Positions 44,985 to 57,352 of a DNA stretch of 64,000 nucleotides are shown here, piece after piece. Where the stretch lies: the NCBI GenBank assembly GCA_009914755.4, contig CP068257.2, positions 36,800,001 through 36,864,000 of the forward strand. The letters are read 5' to 3'. The notes under the pieces are model-generated. The model worked only from the letters and a program-made list of their open reading frames with translations. It was not told the origin of the DNA and did not search any database. Both the position numbers and the translations under genes were made by a program. This DNA comes from the human T2T-CHM13v2.0 reference genome, Homo sapiens. Positions within the stretch are counted from its first letter, which is position 1, and each line of letters starts with the position of its first letter.

Positions 44985-45130
44985 TAGGTCAGTGATTCTC
45001 CTGAGCTCTGTAGGTCAGTCATTCTCAAAGTGTTGTCCAGGAACCCCCTGGGGTCCCCAGACCCCTCTAAGGGCAGGCACAAGCAGATCTGAGAATCCAG
45101 CTGCCTCCAATTAGCCCAGACATTAAAGAG
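44985..45130 (+). mobile_element. MER5-type DNA transposon fragment (5' part)
   Basis: cagtgattctcctgagctctgtaggtcagtcattctcaaagtgttgtccaggaaccccctggggtccccagaccc. Confidence 0.4.
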
Positions 45131-45232
45131 ATTGCAAAAAATGCAAAACAATGCCACTTCTCATTAACATTTTCTTGGAAAATAGAGTTACTTTTCATAA
45201 AAATATCTCATTTGTGTTAACATGCAATGAGT

Positions 45233-45412
<180 letters not shown>

Positions 45413-45716
45413 TTCTTTTTCTTTTTCTTTTTTGAGACGGAGTCTCGCCCTGTTGCCCAGGCTGGAATGCAGTGGCGCGATCTTGGCTCACTGCAAACTC
45501 TGCCTCCTGGGTTCATGCCTTCTCCTGCCTCAGCCTCCTGAGTAGCTGGGACTACAGGTACCCGCCACCACGCCTGGCTAATTTTTTTGTATTTTTAGTA
45601 GAAACAGGGTTTCATGATATTGGCTAGGCTGGTCTTGAACTCCTGACCTCAGGTGATCTGCCTGCTTTGGCCTCCCAAAGTGCTGGGATTACAGTCATGA
45701 GCCACTGCACCTGGCC
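45413..45716 (-). mobile_element. Full-length Alu (AluS/Y-like), directly adjacent to and nested with the previous fragment
   Basis: Runs from (ctttt)n poly-T through gagacggagtctcgccctgttgcccaggctggaatgcagtggcgcgatcttggctcactgcaaactctgcctcctgggttcatgccttctcctgcc to ...acagtcatgagccactgcacctggcc. Confidence 0.9.
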
Positions 45717-48002
45717 TTGTTATTGTTATTTTTAAATGAATTTATAAGTAAATGTTTCAAAATTTCTGTTTTTGTTTCTACCAATAGATATAATGCATAT
45801 ACACAATTTTTTTTAAGAATCCTCAACCAATCTTAAGAATGTAAAGGGGTCCTGAGACCAAAAGATTAAGAATCACTGCCGTCGAGGTTTTAAGCTTGGC
45901 TAGGACACAGTCTGTACTTACTGAAGTAACCCACAGTATGACAGTAATAAGACACTTTATGAAGAACATATTTTCAGTAGCTAAGTGTCATAGAAAAGGA
46001 AGCTTGTTAGCCATTTCCTCAAGTTGACAACAGAGAGTCCTTAGGAAAATAATTTTTTAAAGCCAATATTGAGCCTTCCAAGACTGCACATGGTGATATG
46101 TTAAATTTGGAATTTATGCAACTTAAAAAACTGAGAGTCGGGGGTTGGCATTTTTGTGCATCCTAACTGACGAGTGCTGCCCCAGGGCTCTCTAACACTG
46201 CACACAGTCTACTAAAGAAGCAGGCTGCCCATCATGACCCCCACCCATCAGCTACACAGCACACATCTGCTTCTAGATGAACCTTCTTGCAAGTGGCCTG
46301 TCTTATGGCAAAATCAAGGGGCAGGCCTGTAAAGCGGACCAGGAAATGAGCAGCAACTGCATACCACCAACCTGTTGCCAAGCTAACTGTGCTTTTCTGG
46401 ATCAGAGGCAGCTTGAGACACTGGTCCCTGGGGCTGAGGGACTGCAGAGCCCGGGCACAGACTCCCTGCCTATCTCCCAGTGTGTCCATCTTGGTACACC
46501 TGGTGCATCTCTGGATTGGCAAGTGGCACTCCCCAATTAATGTTAAGGGCCACTTGTTTTAAATATAACCAGATTATTTTAATTTTTAAATGTGTATCCC
46601 ATACTTGGACACTGAAAGGTCCTCCCTGTTTACCTGCTTGCTGGGGTCTGTGCTTGGGTGTCTCATTTTATTATAAAACAGAGTCTCAAAGGCATTTAAT
46701 ACTAAGATCAAGTGGCTGGGCATCCATCATGTGCAGAGCAGGAGCCTGATGGTGGTGAAGGCTCATTCTGCATGTGGTTGACTCTAGGAACTACTCTAAC
46801 AGAGGGGAAGAAATACACTGGGAGAAAGGAGCAGGAGATTCGTCAGGGCTGGGGGAATACTGGCTCCATGAGGGCAGAGACTTTTTTCTATTTTTTCTCT
46901 TTTTCAGAGCCTGTAAGTGTCCACATATCATGCACATGCAGTGCGTATTTGTTGCATGAGCTCCTGGTATGCAGGTGCCAAATGTCATGCTAAGTGTGTC
47001 GACTGGATGACAGAAGAAGGAAGGAGGGATTAAAGGAACTGGTGTGCACTGGCCTGAGCCTTGAAGAATGGGGTGTACTGGGTAAATCAAAATGGTGGGG
47101 AGCATTTCCAGATGGAGAAACTGCAAGGAAAAGCATAGAAGTGGGGCCACCCCTCGTGAGCTGGGGAGGGCCCAGGGTATGTGTGCTGGTTGGGGGGAAG
47201 CTGAAACTGAGGAAATTCCCATTGGATCCATAGCCTGGTTCTGGTTTCCACAGGCCTGGGATGCCCCGTCCAGAGTTTGACTTTCAGTCTGCACGTAATC
47301 CAGGCTTTGTATTCCCACTTCCCGTATCCCCTCACTCCTTTTTCACACACCCTTTTTATCTATGATGCTACTGGGGTCATGGGTTAAGAAGTCCTGTCGT
47401 CTAAGCAGCAAGGGTGCATCAAAGCAGGATTTTCTCCATTGATTCCAAGGTGTGATTCAGAAATGGTAAAAACTCCGAACACTAGGATGAGCACTGGGGA
47501 TGGGTTCATGTTTTTTTTTTATGAAATAATTCAGAACTTATTAAGAATTCCCTTGGCAAACCAAATTAAATATTAAACAACTATTTGTTAATATGTTACT
47601 ATTGGATTCTATCTTAGAAAAGTGTAATTATGTGTAACTGAACTTTTTGTTTTCTTGTGGTTGAACCCTGAATTACCATGCCTTCTGGTTTCCGTGTTTT
47701 TCCTGGGGAATAGGTCATATTTCTTACTTCCAAAGCCCAGAAATAAAAGCCTCACACATCCATCCGTAGTCCCAAAGGCTTTTCTGCCTAGTACCCAGAG
47801 AGTAACAGCAGTGCTTCAAACTATTTGTGGACAAGAAGTCCTAAAACATCAGACACACTGTGGAAAGCAATTTCATTTCATTAATACAATTCATAATTAA
47901 CTGCATTTATTTTATTGTCTAAATTCCAACTGCTAACCTATCATATCGACGAATTCTTTGAAGTTGCCTTTATTCTACAGGATATGTTCATTTTTAGATA
48001 AT

Positions 48003-48437
48003 GCTATTTTTCATATACTTTAAGTTCTGGGGTACATGTGCAGAACATGCAGGTTTGTTACATAGTTATATACGTGCCATGGTAGTTTGCTGCACCCATC
48101 AACCCATCATCTACATTAGGTATTTCTCCTAATGCTATCCCTCACCTACCCTCCTACCCCCCGAGAGGCCCTGGTGTGTGATGTTCCCCTCCTTGTGTCC
48201 ATGTATTCTCTTGATCATCTCCCACTTATTAGTGAGAACATGTGGTGTTTGGTTTTCTGTTCCTGTGTTAGTTTGCTGAGAATGATGGTTTCCAGCATCA
48301 TCCATGTCCCTGCAAAGGACATGAACTCATCCTTTTTTATGGCTGCATGGTATTCCATGGTGTATATGTGCCACATTTTCTTTATCCAGTCTATTGTTGA
48401 TGAGCATTTGAGTTGGTTCTGGGTTCATGTTTTAAAA
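48003..48437 (-). mobile_element. L1 3'-terminal fragment, a relatively young L1PA-like subfamily, 5'-truncated
   Basis: The plus strand reads as the L1 antisense 3' UTR and ORF2 end: tttttcatatactttaagttctggggtacatgtgcagaacatgcaggtttgttacatagttatatacgtgccatggtagtttgctgcacccatcaacc...ttattagtgagaacatgtggtgtttggttttctgttcctgtgttagtttgctgagaatgatggtttccagcatcatccatgtccctgcaaaggacatgaactcatcc...ggctgcatggtattccatggtgtatatgtgccacattttctttatccagtc. Confidence 0.9.
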
Positions 48438-49731
48438 TCTCAATTTGCTCCCTAGTCCTAGGAATGATCTTCTCCACCTCCAAGGAATGCAAGCCCCAGT
48501 GCAACATGGATTCTTCCTCTGTAAGAGGCTAGACTCCAAATAATTTGTCCTGTTTTTGCCTGTGGGATGTTACAAGTGTACCCTGCTGTCTGTAATTGTG
48601 TTTCTGAAGTGTTCTATGTAAGTAGGTTTTTGTTAGTTGAATTGTACTTTAAATGTGCCAATCAAGTTCCCCATGAAAAGAGATGGGCACAGAGACTTTT
48701 TGAAAAATTAAGCATCCCAAGAGAAAAGCCGATCTGAAAAGACTACATATTATATGATTCCAATTATATGACATTCTGGAAAAGGCAAGACTACAGAGAT
48801 ACTGAAAGATCAGTGTTTGCCAAAGATTAGAGGGAGGGAGGGGTGAACAGGTGGAGCACTGAGGGTTTTTAGGGCAGTGAAACTATTCCGTATAAACCTA
48901 TAATGTTGGATACATGTAAATATACATTTGTCCAAACCCACAGAATGTCCAGCACCACAAATGAACGCTAATGTAAACTACAGGCACTGGGTGATAATGA
49001 CCTGTCAATATAGGTTCATCAACTGTAGCAAATGCACTCCGATGGGGAATGTTGATAATGTGGGCAAGGCTACGCAAGTGTAGGGGCAGCAGGTGTATGG
49101 AAATCACTCTATCTTCCTCTCGGGTTTGCTGCGTACTAAAATTGCTCTGAGAAATAAAGTCTATTTTTTAAAAAATGAAGTATTCCAATTAATTTATAAG
49201 TTTTGCCACACGTGCAATGACGGCCCTAACCACTTTACTTTGGTTCTCCGATACTGAATATGTCACTGTGAATATCTCATCCTCCTTGATCCCATCCCCA
49301 TCAAAACTAGAGATTGAAATAAGGAGATGAGATGGCCCTCCCTGACCGCCTTGTGCCTTTCAGAGGAGGTGCCTGGGCTGGAATGGGGAGGAGCTAAGGA
49401 CTCCTGTGGGATTCTGATGCTGGGTGTGAAACTGTCTGCAGTTAGCACGGTGTTGGAGAGATGAGTGCTAGACTTTGTATTTCTGGGGACTAGTGATAAA
49501 TGCTCATTATTATTTATATAATTTTAAAGCTACGTTTAAATTTGACCCCAGTACTAGAGACTTTAATGTTATATTGAAATAATACATAATAGGCTGCAAA
49601 TAGTTATATTCTTGTCTTGTTGTTGTCCATGTATCAGCATTCTTGTATGAATGAAACTAGAACCAAGAAGAAAATCCATCACTACAATAATGGTCCATAC
49701 ATTAAAACAGTTTAGGCTGTCTGATGGTCTG

Positions 49732-49733
<2 letters not shown>

Positions 49734-49779
<46 letters not shown>

Positions 49780-49832
49780 TATAGATATGTATGATATATA
49801 TGATGTATATATGATTTATATATATATAAATC
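49734..49832. repeat. Compound microsatellite: (GT)22 followed by a (TA)/(GATATA)-rich tract
   Basis: ggggtgtgtg...(gt)22...gatatagatatgtatgatatatatgatgtatatatgatttatatatatataaatc. Confidence 0.93.
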
Positions 49833-52138
49833 ATCTCATCTTGCTCAAAACAATATCACTCTTATTTAGGTAGGCACACTGGAATATGATTTTAATTAAT
49901 TGAAAAGTACAGTTTGTTTCACATTTGCAGGAGTGGTTTAATTCCTACACAGTGTACTAAGATGGCCTCTCGTGGGCTCATGATCCTGGAAGATATACTC
50001 CCAAAGTGAGGGGGGGTCTATGTTGGAAGCAAAAATAAAAGGAATTTAAAGAATGACAGGTCTGGGAAATTATTCTTATGGATGGTCAGTTCTCCATATG
50101 ATAAAATAGTTATGACAAACCAAACAGGCACAGTCTCATGTATGCACTGATTTGCATGAACCAACTTTACAGATAATTGATTCAGTTGGTTGGAACTACA
50201 GTTTCTTCCAAATGTGGACAACTTACAACAGGGTGGGAGCCCCAAACTGTGAAGTCATGTGAGGTCATATACAAACTGAAAAACAGGGTTTCTCTACTGG
50301 AATGATAATCCTACCATGTTACACTTTTCCCCAAAATGAAATCCAACATCTTTCACCTGGCGTAAGAAGCCCAACATGTTCTGGCCCCTAGAAACCCTTA
50401 CATCCTGCAAAGAGGGACTAGAGCTTGTTACTCTTATTAGCTACTCTTAAAGTCACAGAGGTAGTTAATTTGGCAAGGAGTGGCTACAAATTCAAGACAT
50501 GTTTGGATGTGCTGAGAATCAGAATCCAATCTCGGCCCTCAAGTCATGGGTTAAAGACTTGGTTTTTTATCTATATGAGGTCCTACCTTGTAGTTCAAGC
50601 AGAAACATCCAACAAATGAAAGCAGAAACAACATTTGACAGCTCAAATTCAAAAGCAAGAGGCTTGTCAATGCAAAAGTCTTGTGCTGCAAATGTTTCAA
50701 GGGAAGTATCCATACTCTGAAGTGTGCAATTGAAAGAATGACCTGATATTCTTGCACTGTTGCCTCCCTCCTCCTAGCTAGCTCCGGATCTTTTATGCAT
50801 CATATAGTACATCTTCCCAAAAAAGCAGGTGGAAACCAAAGTGTGCAAAAACACACATTTTCCAAGAACAAATGCATTATACTAGCAAGTTATGTGTGGT
50901 GGGGCTAGGTGCTTCTGCGGGTGTGGAGGAGGAGGAGAGAAAGAAGGGTCAGGAGGAAGTGTGTTGGGTACAGAGACATGGAAATAAGAAACAGGAACCC
51001 TGAAAGACACACCCGCGGAGGTTCTGTAACTGTACATGTGCTCTTGTTAAATCGCCAGTTTCAGAGGACTCAGATCTGAGGCCATATAGAAATCTATTAA
51101 TTTGCATCTTGACTTTGGGGCTTCCAGTAACAGTAAGTATTTGTATTTCAGGATCCACTCAGCAGAAAGGCCATACATATTCAAGTCACATAATAAATTG
51201 GTGAATTCCAAGTGAATTGTGAATACCAAAAAAGAAAACTGATTATGTGACTTTCTGGAATATGATGTAGAAATTGACCTAACAAAATGTATATGCACAC
51301 TTACGGCATGTGTGCATGAGGGTGTCATTTATGTACACAGGTCATGTGCACATCCAACTCATGGCCATGCATGCTGTAGCCTGTTACCCATTCTGGGAGA
51401 TATGTAAGCCTTTGTCTTTCTCCCTCCAGCTTCCTGCCTTCTTAAAACATTTCACTGGTCATCAACCAATGATTGAAGCTGGGTGCAGAAAAGGAGAAAA
51501 GGTGAAAACTCCTCTTAGTCCACAAGGTGACGTGTTAGTGCTTCAAGTGAAAGGGCTGTGGTGGAGAGCCAGAGAAAGCCCTTAGGTGGAATGAGACTGT
51601 GGTTCCTATAGGTCGGCACCTTCCTCCCCACCCGGCAGGTCAGCTCATCAATTGCACTTATCTCCCAGCTGCCACAGCCTGTCTCACTCCTTTCTCTCTC
51701 CTGTTGGGCTGCTACCAGGCCTGGTAAACTATTCCGTAGCTCTGTGCAATAGAAAATAGATATGTATTTCTCTGAATATAGAGAGGGAAATTGGAGTTCA
51801 CATGGAATGCATACTGTAAACTTATTTGTTTTCTGAAAGCAAAAATTAAACTTGAAAGGAGCAAAGCTTTTCAAATTTCCCATAGTGCTGGCCTCAAATC
51901 CTAAAGATTTTTTTCCTTGACAAGAATCATGGGATGAATTGGAAGATCTGGATGCTCCATTCACCACAGTTGATGATGCTAAAACCCATGTGACAGCAGA
52001 GGAAAGAATTGAACATTCTAAAGTCCCCTCTGGCAACTGGAATGCCAGGGGAGCCTTCACCATATACCTCATCAAGCCACCCCAACAAACCTGCCATGTC
52101 GGTGAAAAGACCATGCTCACTATGAAAATGTGGCTTCT

Positions 52139-52457
<319 letters not shown>

Positions 52458-53439
52458 CTAGCCCTTTGTCCAAAAAAAAACCATAGCCCCCGAGACCCCT
52501 GATGGCCTTGACATGCCACTGGGGGTCCCCTTATCTATTTACATTATAGAAGGGCTTCTAAGAAGAATGGTTTCAGTCAGAGAATCCAAGCAACTTATGC
52601 TAAAGTCCAGCCTCATCCTCAGAACTCTGGGCATGCTTGTTTTTAATGCCATGTCTATCCATCTGTGACTCATTAACGCACTTAGCAAACACTGAGTGAC
52701 TGACTAGTCTATCTCTCCCCGTGATAAAATTTAAACGCCTCTTACAAGACATGAGTAGTCTACCTACCTGTTACTTGTATGCCATTACCTGAAAAATTCC
52801 CATCTGTTTGGATGCAAACTTCACAGAAACTCTGCCACAAATGCTCACGAACACCATCACATGGGCTGGGCTCTAGTGCTTTGGAATATCCTGCTTTCTT
52901 AGAAAAATCGATGAGTACATATAAATATAATTAGCTGCACCTTGATTCCTGCGGAATCATTGTATTAACTGCTTTGGGCTATTCTCCTTCTTTCCTTTCA
53001 GGCAATATTAATTTGTAACAAACACATTTTATGATATAATAAATTATCTTTCATTTTTTACTATCAAATACATGGAGAAGTAAAAAAACAAAAAACCCAG
53101 AACTTCTAGGCAGCTCTTAAACAAGTCTTGCTGTTACTTGGAAAAGTAACAAATTCACAGGTTTATTGTCTATGTTAATAAAGCTGTGTTGGAGTAGTCA
53201 TTATAACCTTTTACATTCCCTCCTGTTTACAGCTCACAGAATATGTTTACACATGTGATCTCATTCAGTTGTAACATGATCTGCATAAATTATGGGTATT
53301 AACACTTGCCATATTTATTACAACGATTTCCCCAGCAATTTGTCTTCTTAATTGTATAATCTATATTGCAAACAGATGTCTGCAGTTTGTATATGCAGCT
53401 ATGTACTCCTATGGTTTATGCATCTACCTCAGGCCATTA

Positions 53440-53698
53440 AACTGTAAGCTCCTGGAGGGCAGGGATGTATCTGATTCATTTCTGTATCTCCGGAACCCAC
53501 TGCACAGCTGCTGAATGGATACACATCTAGTTACTTAACCTCTGTGTCCTTCAGTTTCCTCATCTGTGAAATGGCTATAATGATTGCAGGAACCTGTCTT
53601 CTCTGTCCCAATTGTATTAAGCAAAACACTTAATACAATGTCTAGCATATAATAAGCACTCTATGAGTGTTTTCTATTATTATTATTATTATTATTGT
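53440..53698 (+). mobile_element. Ancient SINE/LINE remnants: an L2/MIR3-like 3'-end fragment (about 53440-53520) followed by a MIR fragment (about 53520-53698) whose tail became a (TTA)n microsatellite
   Basis: ctgtaagctcctggagggcagggatgtatctgattcatttctgtatctcc...cactgcacagctgctgaatgg is followed by ttacttaacctctgtgtccttcagtttcctcatctgtgaaatggctataatgattgcagg...agcatataataagcactctatgagtgttttctattattattatt. Confidence 0.7.
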
Positions 53699-55597
53699 TA
53701 TAATTATCTGGAGTTAATTGAATTAAAGTTCAAAAAGATGACCTAACTCATTTGGGGGAAGGTGATGAATAAACGGCAGAAAGAAAGGAATATCAGGGAT
53801 CTTATATGCTGATCCTAGCTTTGTCTAATCTGCCAAGCTAAGTCGTAAGATTTTTCTCTTTTCAAAATACTTCTGTTAAGCTAGTAAAAATTATTTACTT
53901 GTAAAGATTCCATGTGCTGCTTTTTCTGTCATAATTGCATTTACCTTACCAAATACATATTGACCATCTACACAGTGGATAGCAGAGGGGCCACAGAAAT
54001 GAGTAAAGTCTAGTTCACTCTGCACTGGTATCTCTTTTCTTCCATATTTACATTTTATAATTACATTTGTCAAACTGCTTCACAGGCGAAGTCCTGGACC
54101 AGGAACCAAATAAAATTGACCCAGCTTTCCGACCATGGAAAACTAAAAGTATAATCAACTTTGGCACCATTAAATTCTGTTTCATTTATTTTTTCCAAGA
54201 GTCTATTAACATTGTCATACAGAAGTAGAAGATTTAATTGAGTGTGTGCATTTTGAGTTGAAAGCAGATACTAACAAGAAAAGCTAACCTGGAAGACATC
54301 TTGTAAACTGTTTCATCAGACTGGACCAGGAGCCAGGGGAGGGTCGAGGTGACTCAGGGCTGTTGGCAAAGCTGCAGAAATTGCCACTGGGTTTCTCTGT
54401 CCTCTAGGCAACCTAGGCTGCATTGGCTCTCTGGCCTATTATTCATTACGGTTTAGTTCACCACAGAGGTTGCCAGTGAGCAGTGCATAAGATTAGAGAT
54501 TTTGTAAAAACATGTTAATTTGTATGAAGACGAAAATTGGACTATGGAGTTTAGTGATAAAAATAGATAAACAGTTCTGTCATTTGATTTAAATATTAAA
54601 ATAAGACAAGACAAAGCTTTTAAGGAAATGACCACTTCTTGGTTCTCAACTAGAGGCAATGCCTCTTCTGTCCTGAGCAGATGGGTGTTTGGGAATACGT
54701 GGGGTGACTTGGGTTGCTGTGATAATGCAGGGGTTCTCTGGCAATCAGAGGGAGAGGGAGGGGCACCTTCAAACTGTGGTCCAGATCTACACAATCAGGA
54801 AAGGCTGTTCACCTAAAATTCAACCTTCTGTTGAGAAGAGCAACACTTACGGAGCTCATCAAAGAACGACAAACCACTGGAATAGTTCTTGAGACCAAAG
54901 TCTCATTCACTCTGGGACATATCCAGTTACATAAATCATTTATGTTTTATCCCGTCTCTACTTTCCCAAGAAACCCTGCCACACATTCATAGTGAATATC
55001 AAACCTAATTAAAGATCCTAAGCAGCTGAGAAAATTACTCAATGACCAAACTATAATTAGTCTTCTACAAGGGAGAAAATGTATTCAAATCATTGCTTAA
55101 TTTTGTTTCATTTCCTCTTACCTGCACTTGACCATTAAGATCAAAAGTCTGAGAATTTGTGGCCAAAAAAAATGAACATGAGTCAAAGTCACATCTATTT
55201 GTTAATAATGGAAAGTAATTCCTTTTCTAATTACACGTGAAAATACTAGTATCCAACAAACCTATTTGTGGAAAATACGGTTTAGATTGGGAAGGTTAAT
55301 TACTTTCAGGTTTTTCAATGTCCAAAACACACCTCAGAACTAACAGGCTCAGACAAGATCTTTATGAGATCACTGGATCCTCCCTCCAAAAGCTTCCCCC
55401 TCCCCTGTTGATCTCTATTCCATATGCTGCTTCATTTGATCGTATAGCGTGTATGATGAGCCTGAATGCGGGCATTTGTTGATTTGAGTATTACCTGAAA
55501 CAAAAGATACACCAGAATGTAAAACCCAGGAGGGCAGAGACTGTTTTCCCAGAACCTAGAACAACTCCTGGCACATACCAGATGTAAAATCATTGTA

Positions 55598-55652
55598 GAA
55601 AGAAAGAAAGAAAGAATGAAAGAAAGGAAGGAAGGAAGGAAGGCATGAAACG
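55598..55652. repeat. (GAAA)n/(GGAA)n microsatellite
   Basis: agaaagaaagaaagaatgaaagaaaggaaggaaggaaggaaggcatg. Confidence 0.9.
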
Positions 55653-55949
55653 GTGCACTATTATTGTATGCCACCTTAAGTCACTCATAGAAAATACTGC
55701 ATGCCAGCACTCTATGCAATGGGTGTTACACTAGCCATTATGTAAAGTCAATGACGGGATTATACGCTGGGCACTTTATAATTTAATAAACACCCTTCAA
55801 TTACCGTCTCATTTGCTCCTCCATGCCACTCCACATAGTATACGGGACATATTTTAGGATCACCAGTTTAGAGATAAAGACAGAGGTTGTGTCCCCAAAG
55901 TTTGCTTGCGAGTGTGGTATTTGTAACTTCTAAAACTCTAACTCTCCCC

Positions 55950-56593
55950 TGAAAACACGTCCTAAGAGTGGTGAGGCTCCCACGTGAGGTGGCAATATTG
56001 GTTACCCCCGCTGAGCTCATCACATTGCGCAGGCCTCCACAGGGCAGCTACACTCTACGATAAGGAACATGAAGCCCTGAGAGTCAGGAGGGAGAAAAAA
56101 GAAAATGAACGTTTGGAAAAGGGCATTCCCAAATCACAGGAGAAGGGGAAGAAACGTGTCTCAGCTACTAAGTTTCTCTTTTCCATGACGCTCAAAGCAG
56201 AAAATGGCTGCACGTGGGCAATTCGTGCGCTTGGAGCTCAGACCTGCAGTCTTGTCGTTTGTCTGCCCTGTCTTGGTGCATGCTGGGCCTGACTTTTTTA
56301 TTTTTCCATTTCAAGGAGCCCCAGCAGGGCCTGGAGGAAATGAGTTTTGCAGCCCATCTCGGCCCTTGAGCTTGGCTCCTCGGCTGACCTCGGCTCCCCG
56401 CCTGCAGACCCGGCATGAGGCAGGCAGCAGGCACTGCGGGGCAGAACTTCCGGGACCTGCAAGACCAGTCCGCTGCCTTCTGAGACGTAGTTCTGAGGTG
56501 TAGCAAGTTTTCATTTTCACAGCATAAAACCGTCTACAAATACATACTTCAAAATGAAATGGAGGATGCGCTCAAAAAAAAAAAAAAAAAAGG
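55950..56593 (+). other. GC- and CpG-retaining block of about 640 bp that terminates in a pure A21 tract. Its identity is unknown: it could be a retroposed RNA fragment or an unannotated CpG-rich element inside ERG intron 3.
   Basis: I counted about 25 CpGs in about 740 bp, versus about 1 per 100 bp in the surrounding intron. The sub-block 56340-56480 is about 64% GC with CpG obs/exp about 0.6 (..catctcggcccttgagcttggctcctcggctgacctcggctccccgcctgcagacccggcatgagg..gcactgcggggcagaacttccgggacc..). It ends ...aaatggaggatgcgctc(a)21 at 56573-56593. Confidence 0.5.
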
Positions 56594-57198
56594 CTTAGAG
56601 ACACGTCAAAAGGGCACAGGAGCTCAGCCAGGTCAAATAAATTCCCAAATTTGACTCACATCACTTCAGCCTCATCTGGATATTACCCACACTCTGCCTA
56701 GGCAGGCGAAGCTTCCGTGGGATCCTCTATCTTTAGTGAATTCTTTCCTTTATCTTGTCCAGCTTTTCATTGCTCTTTCAGAAACTGAGCCCATGGTTTT
56801 AAATCTTAATATGACCTTGCATTCAATTATATATATACATATATATATATATACAAAGCTGTTTTTTAAAGACAATTTTAAATAAGAAAAAAATAATTAT
56901 TTTAGATACCAGAGAGTGGTGAAATAATAATGATTCAAACTTAATCCTCACTTCACGTAGGGGAAATTGACTCAAATCTGGGAGCATCAAAAATTAAGAT
57001 GCATTTACAAATCCTAGGAGAAGATATCCTTTGTAATCTCAGAGAAAATAATTGAGAGAGGGAAAATTTTTTTTGAAAGACGTGGTTTGGACATATTACT
57101 ATTTTGTGAAATGAAGTTAAATGTATGGTACAGATATTAAAGTTCACTTAAGTTTTATCTATATAAAGTGTGTGATTTTGGATCTAAACAGGCATAAA

Positions 57199-57352
57199 TA
57201 TATATATGTGTGTGTGTGTATGTGTACATGTTTGCGTACGTATGCATGTGTATGTGTACATGTTTGCGTATGTATGCATGTGTATGTGTGAGCGTATGTG
57301 TGTGTAAGTGTTGTATATGTGTGTATGTGTGTGTATATGTATGTGTGTATAT
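57199..57352. repeat. (TG)n/(TATG)-rich simple repeat with an internal 35-bp tandem duplicate
   Basis: The unit tgtgtacatgtttgcgta(c/t)gtatgcatgtgtatg occurs twice (57218-57250 and 57253-57285). Confidence 0.88.

Noticed and set aside
46791-47318. A 175-aa minus ORF and overlapping 79-87-aa ORFs
   Set aside because: It is a GC-richer unique intronic stretch with ORFs open in several frames at once, which is the signature of composition rather than coding. No protein-like motif was recognised.
51515-52120. A 201-aa minus-strand ORF, the longest non-repeat ORF
   Set aside because: It has no GC3 or codon bias, no splice-site context, and a composition like the flanking intron. This length is expected by chance in 64 kb and six frames. 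It also overlaps a young AluY at its 3' end region.
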